The notes under the pieces: model-generated
Told to the model about the DNA's origin: nothing
Databases searched by the model: none
Seen by the model: the letters and a program-made list of their open reading frames with translations, nothing else
Shown: one piece after another, positions 57,238 to 64,000 of the stretch
How the letters are laid out: the number at the start of each line of letters is the position of its first letter
Position numbering within the stretch: position 1 is the stretch's first letter
Program-made: the position numbers and the translations under genes
Assembly: GCA_964658265.1 (NCBI GenBank)
Contig: CAZZYN010000006.1
Span: forward strand, 13,790 to 77,789
Origin: an uncultured Acetobacteraceae bacterium
GTDB taxonomy: Bacteria; Acidobacteriota; Terriglobia; Terriglobales; Acidobacteriaceae
Reading direction: 5' to 3'
Length of the DNA: 64,000 nucleotides

Positions 57238-58503
57238 ATGAAACTGCATGAGACAAGTGGATGGAGCGCAGCCCGCACGGCCAAGCTGATCGCTGCACTC
57301 GAACACCGCGGCACCACTTCTTCAGAAGAGGTCTCACCGCGCGTGAGAAAGATCATTCGCGATGTGCGCAGTGGCGGCGACAAGGCCCTGTTGCGTTACG
57401 CGCGCAGGCTTGACGGCCTTTCGCCGGAACAGCCGCTGCGCGTCACGAAGCAGGCGATGCAGGATGCGCTGGCCACGCTGGCAGCCCCGCTGCGTTCTGC
57501 TCTCGAACTGGCCGCAGACAACATCCGTGCATTTGCCCGGCGTCAGCTACCCGGCGAGTGGAAGCTGCAGGCGGCTGAGGGCGTGGTGACGGGTCAGCTG
57601 CTGCGGCCGCTGGATGCGGTCGGCTGCTATGTTCCCAGTGGGCGCTATCCACTGCCATCTACCTTGCTGATGACAGTAATACCGGCCCAGGTCGCAGGGG
57701 TTAAGCGGATTGTAGTGGTTTCGCCGCGGCCATCACCAGCGACGCTGGCTGCTGCGGCGCTGCTGGGCGTGGAAGAGTTTTACGCGATCGGCGGCGCACA
57801 TGCGATCGCGGCACTTGCCTACGGGACGGCGAGCGTCTCACGCGTCAACAAGATTGTGGGACCCGGCAATCAATATGTCACGGCAGCCAAGCGGCTGGTC
57901 TCAGGTGACTGCGGGATTGATATGCTTGCCGGGCCGACCGAGATCGGCGTGATGAGTGATACAGGCAATCCGGACTGGATCGCAGCTGACCTGGTTGCAC
58001 AAAGCGAGCACGACGCGGAGGCGCTCGCTGTTCTGATCACTACTAACGCGAAGCTGGGAAAAGCAGTGCTGAAGAAAAGTACGCAGTTTGCACGAAGGAA
58101 TAAGACTGCTGCCCTCGCCCTTGCGAAGAATGGATATGTGATCGTTGCGGCTTCGCGGGAAGAAGCTCATGCCATCACGAACCGGCTGGCATTCGAACAT
58201 CTGACGATCGACGCCGATGCGGACCTCGAATGGGTGACCAATGCCGGCTCGGTGTTTGTAGGGAACTGGTCAGCACAGCCGCTGGGTGACTATATCTCTG
58301 GTCCGAATCACACGCTGCCAACAGGCGGCCTGGCGCGGGTTCGCGGGGGCCTGAGCGTGATGGACTTTGTGAAAGTGATGACCGTTCAGCAGTATGCCCA
58401 AGCCGGCGTCCAGGCACTGGGTCCAGCCGCAGTCGAAATCGCCGAGGCAGAAGGATTGCGCGGCCACGCACAAGCCATCCGGTTGAGGGTAGGACATGAC
58501 TGA
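57238..58503 (+). CDS. hisD: Histidinol dehydrogenase
   Basis: GGAHAIAALAYGT, GPGNQYV, QSEHD and PNHTLPTGG motifs. Confidence 0.95.
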   Translation: MKLHETSGWSAARTAKLIAALEHRGTTSSEEVSPRVRKIIRDVRSGGDKALLRYARRLDGLSPEQPLRVTKQAMQDALATLAAPLRSALELAADNIRAFARRQLPGEWKLQAAEGVVTGQLLRPLDAVGCYVPSGRYPLPSTLLMTVIPAQVAGVKRIVVVSPRPSPATLAAAALLGVEEFYAIGGAHAIAALAYGTASVSRVNKIVGPGNQYVTAAKRLVSGDCGIDMLAGPTEIGVMSDTGNPDWIAADLVAQSEHDAEALAVLITTNAKLGKAVLKKSTQFARRNKTAALALAKNGYVIVAASREEAHAITNRLAFEHLTIDADADLEWVTNAGSVFVGNWSAQPLGDYISGPNHTLPTGGLARVRGGLSVMDFVKVMTVQQYAQAGVQALGPAAVEIAEAEGLRGHAQAIRLRVGHD

Positions 58504-59587
58504 TGCTGCAACGCCTTTGCCGCCGGTGCCTCGCCGGGCAGTAGCTGGCATGAAGGAGTATCACCCGCCGCTGGCCGGTCGCGATCACCTGCGCCTCGAC
58601 TTCAACGAGAACACGCTGGCATGTTCGCCGCGCGTGCTTGAAGCACTGGCACGCGTGGCAGCTGGCGACCTGACGAGATATCCGGAACGGAGTGTCATCG
58701 AAGAAAAGGTGGCACATCATCTGCAACTGCAGCCGGAGCAGGTGCTGCTGACCAACGGCGTCGATGAAGCGATCCATGTACTGTGCCAGGCTTTTCTCGA
58801 TTGCAGAGACGAGATGCTGCTGCCTGTGCCGACCTACACCATGTACGAGGTGTATGCCTCGTCGACCGACGGACAGAGCGTCACCGTGCAGGCGGGCGAC
58901 GACTTCACTTTTCCTTTTCAGCGCCTTCTTGATGCGATCGATGCCAAGACCAAGCTCATCTGCATCGCCAATCCGAATAGTCCGACCGGCAGCACGGTCA
59001 AGCGCGACGAGATACTTGCCATCGCTGCAAAAGCGCCGCACGCAGTTGTCCTGGTGGACGAGGCCTATTTTCATTTCTTTGGCGAGACGGTCATCGACCT
59101 GGTCGACGACGTGCCAAACCTGGTGGTGGCGCGCACTTTTTCGAAGGCCTATGGGCTGGCTGGACTGCGCCTCGGCATGCTCGCTGCATCTGCCGAAATC
59201 ATGCAGTGGCTGCGCCGCGTGATCTCGCCCTACAGCGTGAACTCACTCGCGCTGGCATGCCTGCCTGCGGCTCTCGAGGACCAGGCCTACCTGGATTGGT
59301 ATGTTGGTGAAGTAAAGCTTGCGCGCACCGAAGTGGCTCGGGATCTGGTGCAGGCTGACATCCGGCACTGGCCTTCCGCCGCGAATTTTGTTCTTTTGTA
59401 CATCGGCGCGAAGCATGCCGCGTTTGTGTCCGCCATGCGTTCACGCGGTGTTCTCACGCGCGATCGCTCAGCGGATCCTGGCTGCGATGGATGCGTGCGC
59501 CTCACGATTGGTACACGCGAGCAGATGACGTTCGCGATGTCCGCACTGCGGGAAGCATTGCAGGAGATTGGATGGAAACCGGAATGA
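58496..59587 (+). CDS. hisC: Histidinol-phosphate aminotransferase
   Basis: Class II aminotransferase. NPNSPTG, VDEAY and the PLP-Lys context [15 protein letters not shown]. The start overlaps the hisD stop in ATGACTGA. Confidence 0.9.
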   Translation: MTDAATPLPPVPRRAVAGMKEYHPPLAGRDHLRLDFNENTLACSPRVLEALARVAAGDLTRYPERSVIEEKVAHHLQLQPEQVLLTNGVDEAIHVLCQAFLDCRDEMLLPVPTYTMYEVYASSTDGQSVTVQAGDDFTFPFQRLLDAIDAKTKLICIANPNSPTGSTVKRDEILAIAAKAPHAVVLVDEAYFHFFGETVIDLVDDVPNLVVARTFSKAYGLAGLRLGMLAASAEIMQWLRRVISPYSVNSLALACLPAALEDQAYLDWYVGEVKLARTEVARDLVQADIRHWPSAANFVLLYIGAKHAAFVSAMRSRGVLTRDRSADPGCDGCVRLTIGTREQMTFAMSALREALQEIGWKPE

Positions 59588-60192
59588 CAGTAGAGACATC
59601 ATCGCTTCGCCGCGCTACTCTGCATCGGCACACCACCGAGACCAAGATCGATCTTGAATTGACCATCGAAGGCGGCGGCCACTATGACGTGCACACCGGA
59701 ATCCGCTTCTTCGATCACATGCTGGAACTCTTCACGCGACACGGCGCTTTCGATCTGAAGTTGAAGTGTGACGGCGATCTCGATGTCGATCAGCACCATA
59801 CGGTCGAAGATGTAGGCATTGCCCTGGGTGAAGCTTTCGACAAGGCACTCGGCGACAAAAAAGGCATACTGCGCGCGGGCTATTTTCTGATGCCGATGGA
59901 CGAGACTCTCGGCATCGCTGCGATCGATCTCAGCGGCCGCGTCGCCAGCGTTGTATCCACGCTGGTTGATGTCGTCACCGTAGGCGATCTGCAGACCGAA
60001 CTGGTTGAAGATTTCTTCGAGGGCTTCGCACGGGGTGCCCGGGCCAATGTGCACGTAAAGACAATGTATGGCCGGTCGAACCATCACAAGATCGAGGCAC
60101 TCTTCAAGGCGTTTGCGCGTGCCCTTCGTGTGGCCTGCTCGCGTGATCAGCAACTTGGCGAGATGCTGCCCAGCACCAAGGGCCTGCTCTGA
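59584..60192 (+). CDS. hisB: Imidazoleglycerol-phosphate dehydratase (monofunctional, no phosphatase domain)
   Basis: [31 protein letters not shown] and [16 protein letters not shown] motifs. There is an ATGA overlap with hisC. Confidence 0.9.
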   Translation: MTVETSSLRRATLHRHTTETKIDLELTIEGGGHYDVHTGIRFFDHMLELFTRHGAFDLKLKCDGDLDVDQHHTVEDVGIALGEAFDKALGDKKGILRAGYFLMPMDETLGIAAIDLSGRVASVVSTLVDVVTVGDLQTELVEDFFEGFARGARANVHVKTMYGRSNHHKIEALFKAFARALRVACSRDQQLGEMLPSTKGLL

Positions 60193-60797
60193 TGATTGCT
60201 GTCATCGACTACAAGGCCGGCAATCTCACGTCTGTGTTGAAAGCCCTTGATGCGCTCGGCGCCGGTGATGCTTTCGTCACCTCCGATCCGGCAATTATCA
60301 GGAAGGCGGAAAGGATCATCCTGCCCGGCGTAGGGCATTTTGCGTCGACCTCTGTGCTTACAGAGCAGGGCATTACTCCGGCTATTCGGGAGCGCCTTGC
60401 GGCGGGTGTCCCTTTCCTTGGCATCTGTGTTGGCCTGCAATGGCTTTTCGAAGGCAGCAGCGAGGCTCCGGAAGTTCCCGGTTGCGGCATCTTCCCGGGC
60501 TGGTGCGAACGCTTCACGCCGGGCGCGAAAGTGCCGCACGTCGGCTGGAATTCTATCCGTATTAATCCTGGCTCAAGACTGATGCATGGCGTTGATGAGG
60601 GTAGTTACGTCTACTACACACATTCGTATCGCGCACCGCTTGTCAAAGCCACAGCGGCTGTTACGGAATATAGCGAAGCCTTTACGGGAGCCGTCGAGCA
60701 GGCGAATGTGATGGGTGTGCAATTTCATCCCGAGAAGTCCGGCGCGGCGGGACTGCAGGTTCTCAGTAATTTTTTATCATGGACGCCCGCATGCTGA
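60192..60797 (+). CDS. hisH: Imidazole glycerol phosphate synthase, glutamine amidotransferase subunit
   Basis: LPGVGHF, catalytic GICVGLQ and VQFHPEKS. Confidence 0.95.
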   Translation: MIAVIDYKAGNLTSVLKALDALGAGDAFVTSDPAIIRKAERIILPGVGHFASTSVLTEQGITPAIRERLAAGVPFLGICVGLQWLFEGSSEAPEVPGCGIFPGWCERFTPGAKVPHVGWNSIRINPGSRLMHGVDEGSYVYYTHSYRAPLVKATAAVTEYSEAFTGAVEQANVMGVQFHPEKSGAAGLQVLSNFLSWTPAC

Positions 60798-61573
60798 CGC
60801 GACGCATTATTGCCTGCCTGGACGTCAAGGCAGGTCGGGTCGTCAAGGGTGTCAATTTCGTTGACCTGGCTGACGCCGGCGATCCTGCCGAACTAGCGGG
60901 CCGGCATGCCCGCCTGGGTGCGGACGAGATCGTGCTGCTCGATATCACGGCGACACATGAAGGACGTGGAACCCTAATCGACACAGTCAAGCGAACGGCG
61001 CGCGACCTGTTTATTCCGTTCACCGTGGGCGGCGGCATCCGGACAGCCGATGATGCCGCGGCTGTTTTCGACGCTGGTGCAGACAAGGTGAGTATCAATT
61101 CGGCAGCACTCGTTCACCCCGAACTGATCGATGCAATTGGACGCAGCTTTGGTGCGCAGGCAGTCATCGTAGCCATCGACGCGCGCCGGGGCAATGCCAG
61201 GGCTGATCGCGCGGAAGTCTATGTGAATGGCGGCCGCAAGCCTGCAGGTCGCCAGGTGATCGAGTGGGCTCGTGAAGCAGAGCAGCGCGGCGCAGGTGAA
61301 ATCCTGTTGACTTCCATGGATTCCGACGGCACCCGGGCCGGATTTGACTGCGAGCTTACAGCGGCTGTCAGTGATGCAGTCCAGATTCCGGTCATTGCTT
61401 CCGGTGGTGCGGGGACGGCCGAGCATTTTGTCGAGGTCTTCGGTTGCGGCGCCTCGCAGGGTCATGCCGATGCAGCACTGGCTGCCAGCATTTTTCACTA
61501 CGGCGTATCCGACGCGCGCTCGCTGAAGCAGCAGTTGCAGCTGGCAGGTATCCCGGTGAGGCTGCCATGCTGA
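60791..61573 (+). CDS. hisF: Imidazole glycerol phosphate synthase, cyclase subunit
   Basis: [26 protein letters not shown] and IASGGAG motifs. ATGCTGA overlap with hisH. Confidence 0.95.
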   Translation: MLTRRIIACLDVKAGRVVKGVNFVDLADAGDPAELAGRHARLGADEIVLLDITATHEGRGTLIDTVKRTARDLFIPFTVGGGIRTADDAAAVFDAGADKVSINSAALVHPELIDAIGRSFGAQAVIVAIDARRGNARADRAEVYVNGGRKPAGRQVIEWAREAEQRGAGEILLTSMDSDGTRAGFDCELTAAVSDAVQIPVIASGGAGTAEHFVEVFGCGASQGHADAALAASIFHYGVSDARSLKQQLQLAGIPVRLPC

Positions 61574-62292
61574 TCCCTTCCATTGACCTGATGGGCGGCC
61601 GTATCGTCCAGCTGGTTCAGGGCGAAAAGCTCAGGCTGGCGTTTGACGACTTCGAATACTGGATCGAGCGCTTCTCGAAATATCCCATGGTGCAGCTCAT
61701 TGATCTCGACGCAGCCATGCGTCAGGGAGACAACCAGGAATTGATTGAGCAATTCGCGAAGCGTCTGCCGTGCCAGGTTGGCGGCGGCCTCGGCACCATC
61801 GGACGTGCGCAGGCGATGCTGGCAGCGGGTGCGAAGCGCGTCATCCTCGGATCCGCTCTTTTCGGCGAAGAATCTGATGTTGAGGAGGCGGCTGGACGCG
61901 AAGAAACACAGCCCGCATGGAAGTTGATCCGGCGCAGATTTGCAGCAGAGCTTGCCGAAGCTGTTGGCTCTGAACATCTGGTTTTCAGTGTCGACACGAA
62001 AAACGGCAAGGTTGCGGTCAAGGGATGGAAGGAGCAGGTCAACCTGGAACCTGCTACTGCCATGCGCGGCCTTGAACCCTTCTGCAGCGCCTTCCTGTAT
62101 ACCCATGTCGACAAGGAAGGGACGATGCAGGGGTTTCCGATGAAAATTGCAAAGGAACTTCGCGGCGTTACCCAACGTCAACTGATCGTAGCCGGAGGGA
62201 TCCGCGAGCAGGCAGAGATAAACGCGCTCGATGCCATGGGAGTGGATGCTGTGGCAGGCATGGCTGTCTATCTGGGCCGTCTTGCGACGTGA
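61567..62292 (+). CDS. hisA: ProFAR isomerase HisA, apparently of the His6/eukaryote-like subtype
   Basis: [38 protein letters not shown] and VAGGI. This pattern resembles my recollection of yeast His6 more than the canonical bacterial HisA (IIPAIDL..G..VRL). It has the same ATGCTGA overlap, here with hisF. Confidence 0.85.
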   Translation: MLIPSIDLMGGRIVQLVQGEKLRLAFDDFEYWIERFSKYPMVQLIDLDAAMRQGDNQELIEQFAKRLPCQVGGGLGTIGRAQAMLAAGAKRVILGSALFGEESDVEEAAGREETQPAWKLIRRRFAAELAEAVGSEHLVFSVDTKNGKVAVKGWKEQVNLEPATAMRGLEPFCSAFLYTHVDKEGTMQGFPMKIAKELRGVTQRQLIVAGGIREQAEINALDAMGVDAVAGMAVYLGRLAT

Positions 62293-62295
62293 GCA

Positions 62296-62484
62296 CTAAC
62301 GGATCTTCGGCACCCGGCGCCGTTCTACTGCATCACGCCTGCCGATCCACACGCCGACCAGGGCGAAAAGGAGAGCGAAAAACGCAGCCGGCACTGCCTG
62401 CGGCGCATGATGTCGAACAAACCCGAGCAGTGCGGCAAGGCTCCAGCCAAGGGCCAGGCCGTACCAGATGAAGTGGCGGCGCAT
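62296..62484 (-). CDS. Small two-helix membrane protein (62 aa)
   Basis: MRRHFIWYGLALGWSLAALLGFVRHHAPQAVPAAFFALLFALVGVWIGRRDAVERRRVPKIR, which gives two hydrophobic helices and a basic tail. It resembles the 56-aa ORF at 28429-28599. The start was chosen at ATG 62484. Confidence 0.5.
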   Translation of the reverse strand: MRRHFIWYGLALGWSLAALLGFVRHHAPQAVPAAFFALLFALVGVWIGRRDAVERRRVPKIR

Positions 62485-62598
62485 GTGGCAACCATAAGAC
62501 ACTTTCGAGGGGGACGCCACCCGTCTTAACGGTCATCCGGATCCCCGGCTGCTAACGTTAACAGGCGGGCTTGTACACGGTGAAGAAAGCAGGCACAC

Positions 62599-63783
62599 AT
62601 GGAATCGACAGCAACATTAACTGGCTCGGCTCGGCTGGCGCATCGGCTGGACGACGTCGGCTTCTCTGACATCGTTAAGATTCGCAATAAGGTGATGGAC
62701 CTCCGTGCGCGGGGTGAAGCCGTGCATGCATTCCACGGGGGAGAGCCGTACTTTGCAACGCCTGAAGCGGTCAAGCAGGCGCTGGTGCAGGCGGTTGCCG
62801 AAGACCGTACCAAGTATGCACCGTCGTCCGGTATACAGCCGCTGCGTGAAGCCATCGCGGAGAAATTGCAGAATCGCAACGCCATGTCCACGATGCGTGC
62901 GGACGACGTGATCGTCACCGTTGGCGGCGCACATGGCTTGTGGGTCACTTTCCAGGCGGTGCTCAATCCCGGCGACGACGTACTCATTTTTTCTCCATAC
63001 TGGACGCCGATAGCCGACATGGTCCGGGCGGCCGGGGCCAGGCCCGTCTTCGTACCGACCAGCACGGCGCGTGCAGAGGGCATCGCTGCCACACTGGAGC
63101 GCTATGCCACCCATGCGACCCGGGCGATTTACTACAACACGCCGCAAAATCCCAGTGGGGTGGTGTTCACGCGGGAGGAGGCTGAGCAGACTGCTTCCTT
63201 CGCACAGCAGCATGACCTGTTGGTGATCGCAGACGAAGCCTACGAAGATCTCGTCTACCATGGCGGCCATGTTTCGATTGCCTCGCTGCCCGGCATGGCC
63301 GAACGCACGATCACGACATACACGTTCTCGAAAAGCTATGCCATGACCGGCTGGCGCATCGGCTATGTCGTTGCGAAAGAACCGTTCATGACTGGCTTGA
63401 AAAAACTCGTACTCTACTCCACCAACGGCGTCACCACCATGGTGCAATACGCCGGCCTTGCGGCTCTCCGCAGCGCGCCTGCTGATCTTGAGGCGCGCAA
63501 TCTCGAATATCGAAAGCGCCGCGATCTGCTGGTCAGTGGTCTGCGCGAACTGGGTTTCAAGTGCGAGATGCCCCAGGGCGCCTTCTACGCATTTCCGGTT
63601 TGCGATCGCGTGAGTCCCGACAGCCGGGAGGCGGCGACCATCCTGCTCGAGAAAGCGCATGTTGCAACTATTCCAGGCGTAGTTTTCGGTGCCGAGGGTG
63701 AAGGCCATCTGCGCTTCGGCTATGCAACAGGCCTCAATGAAATTTCCTCAGGCCTTGAAGCTTTGAAGGCGGCTCTACGCTAA
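62599..63783 (+). CDS. Class I PLP-dependent aminotransferase (aspartate/aromatic type)
   Basis: YNTPQNPSG, ADEAYEDLVY and the PLP-Lys context TFSKSYAMTGWRIGY. Full-length co-linearity with AspC-like enzymes. Confidence 0.9.
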   Translation: MESTATLTGSARLAHRLDDVGFSDIVKIRNKVMDLRARGEAVHAFHGGEPYFATPEAVKQALVQAVAEDRTKYAPSSGIQPLREAIAEKLQNRNAMSTMRADDVIVTVGGAHGLWVTFQAVLNPGDDVLIFSPYWTPIADMVRAAGARPVFVPTSTARAEGIAATLERYATHATRAIYYNTPQNPSGVVFTREEAEQTASFAQQHDLLVIADEAYEDLVYHGGHVSIASLPGMAERTITTYTFSKSYAMTGWRIGYVVAKEPFMTGLKKLVLYSTNGVTTMVQYAGLAALRSAPADLEARNLEYRKRRDLLVSGLRELGFKCEMPQGAFYAFPVCDRVSPDSREAATILLEKAHVATIPGVVFGAEGEGHLRFGYATGLNEISSGLEALKAALR

Positions 63784-63860
63784 GCAAACTTTGTCCTCAT
63801 CAAGCAGAACGTTCAGCAACTTTGCACCAGACGTCCATCCCCCTGAATCAAAGGCCCTGT

Positions 63861-64000
63861 ATGAACATTGAGAATGCAACTCACAAGCTGGCACTGCTCA
63901 GCATCGGCCTGCTGGTGTTTCCACTCACGCTGAGCCTCTCGGCGCAGACACAGACCAAGGCCCAGCCGCCCGCCGTCCTTGTCGCCTCCAGCAGCCTGGC
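63861..64000 (+). CDS. Start of a secreted protein (3' partial, runs off the window)
   Basis: ATG 63861 gives MNIENATHKLALLSIGLLVFPLTLSLSAQTQ..., a signal-peptide-like N-terminus that is open to the window end. Confidence 0.4.
   Translation, partial: MNIENATHKLALLSIGLLVFPLTLSLSAQTQTKAQPPAVLVASSSL

Noticed and set aside
1-64000. Window-wide scan for tRNA (T-loop GGTTCGAATCC-like), rRNA, tmRNA or RNase P cores, CRISPR repeats, transposase/integrase genes, terminal inverted repeats, toxin-antitoxin pairs and restriction-modification genes
   Set aside because: Nothing convincing was seen by eye. A proper tRNAscan/Infernal/ISfinder/defence-finder run is needed to exclude small or degenerate elements.

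Overview
High-GC chromosomal segment. GC was judged by eye and not computed. By gene content it looks like an Acidobacteria (Terriglobia-like) genome: a TIGR03436-style VWFA protein, many secreted CAZymes and Tat/lipoprotein signals. This taxonomic call is inference only. I saw no rRNA, tRNA, CRISPR array, transposase or integrase. Three housekeeping blocks dominate. (1) A complete ISC iron-sulfur operon iscR-iscS-iscU-iscA-hscB-hscA-fdx-iscX (15834-22232, +). (2) A B12-dependent class II ribonucleotide reductase nrdJ (34502-37879, +) behind a long C-rich leader. (3) A tightly coupled histidine operon hisI-G-D-C-B-H-F-A (55961-62292, +). Between them are glycoside hydrolases and esterases (GH79-like, clan GH-D alpha-galactosidase-like, GH39, GH28, CE1-type esterase, type-B carboxylesterase), peptidases (M28, S53), formate-THF ligase, a delta-9 desaturase, two GT-C-like membrane proteins, a PAS histidine kinase and an orphan CheY-like regulator. 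The most interesting signal is not in the supplied ORF track. It is a 25-codon ORF (55777-55854) encoding MRVRFHHRHDHHHHAHSVWADSSRT, followed by a strong intrinsic terminator just upstream of hisI, which together look like a classical leader-peptide his attenuator. Other items worth follow-up are: an FkbH-like loader + carrier protein + membrane-anchored GDS-motif protein cassette (51960-55392, -); a stand-alone radical SAM enzyme with a C-terminal six-Cys region next to a structured intergenic region and a terminated 67-aa ORF (10730-12346); two similar sub-65-aa two-helix membrane proteins; and two stretches that I could not assign (29509-30252 and 43439-43986). All coordinates of starts, hairpins and motifs were derived by hand from the sequence. 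All family assignments are motif and pattern recognition, not database searches.
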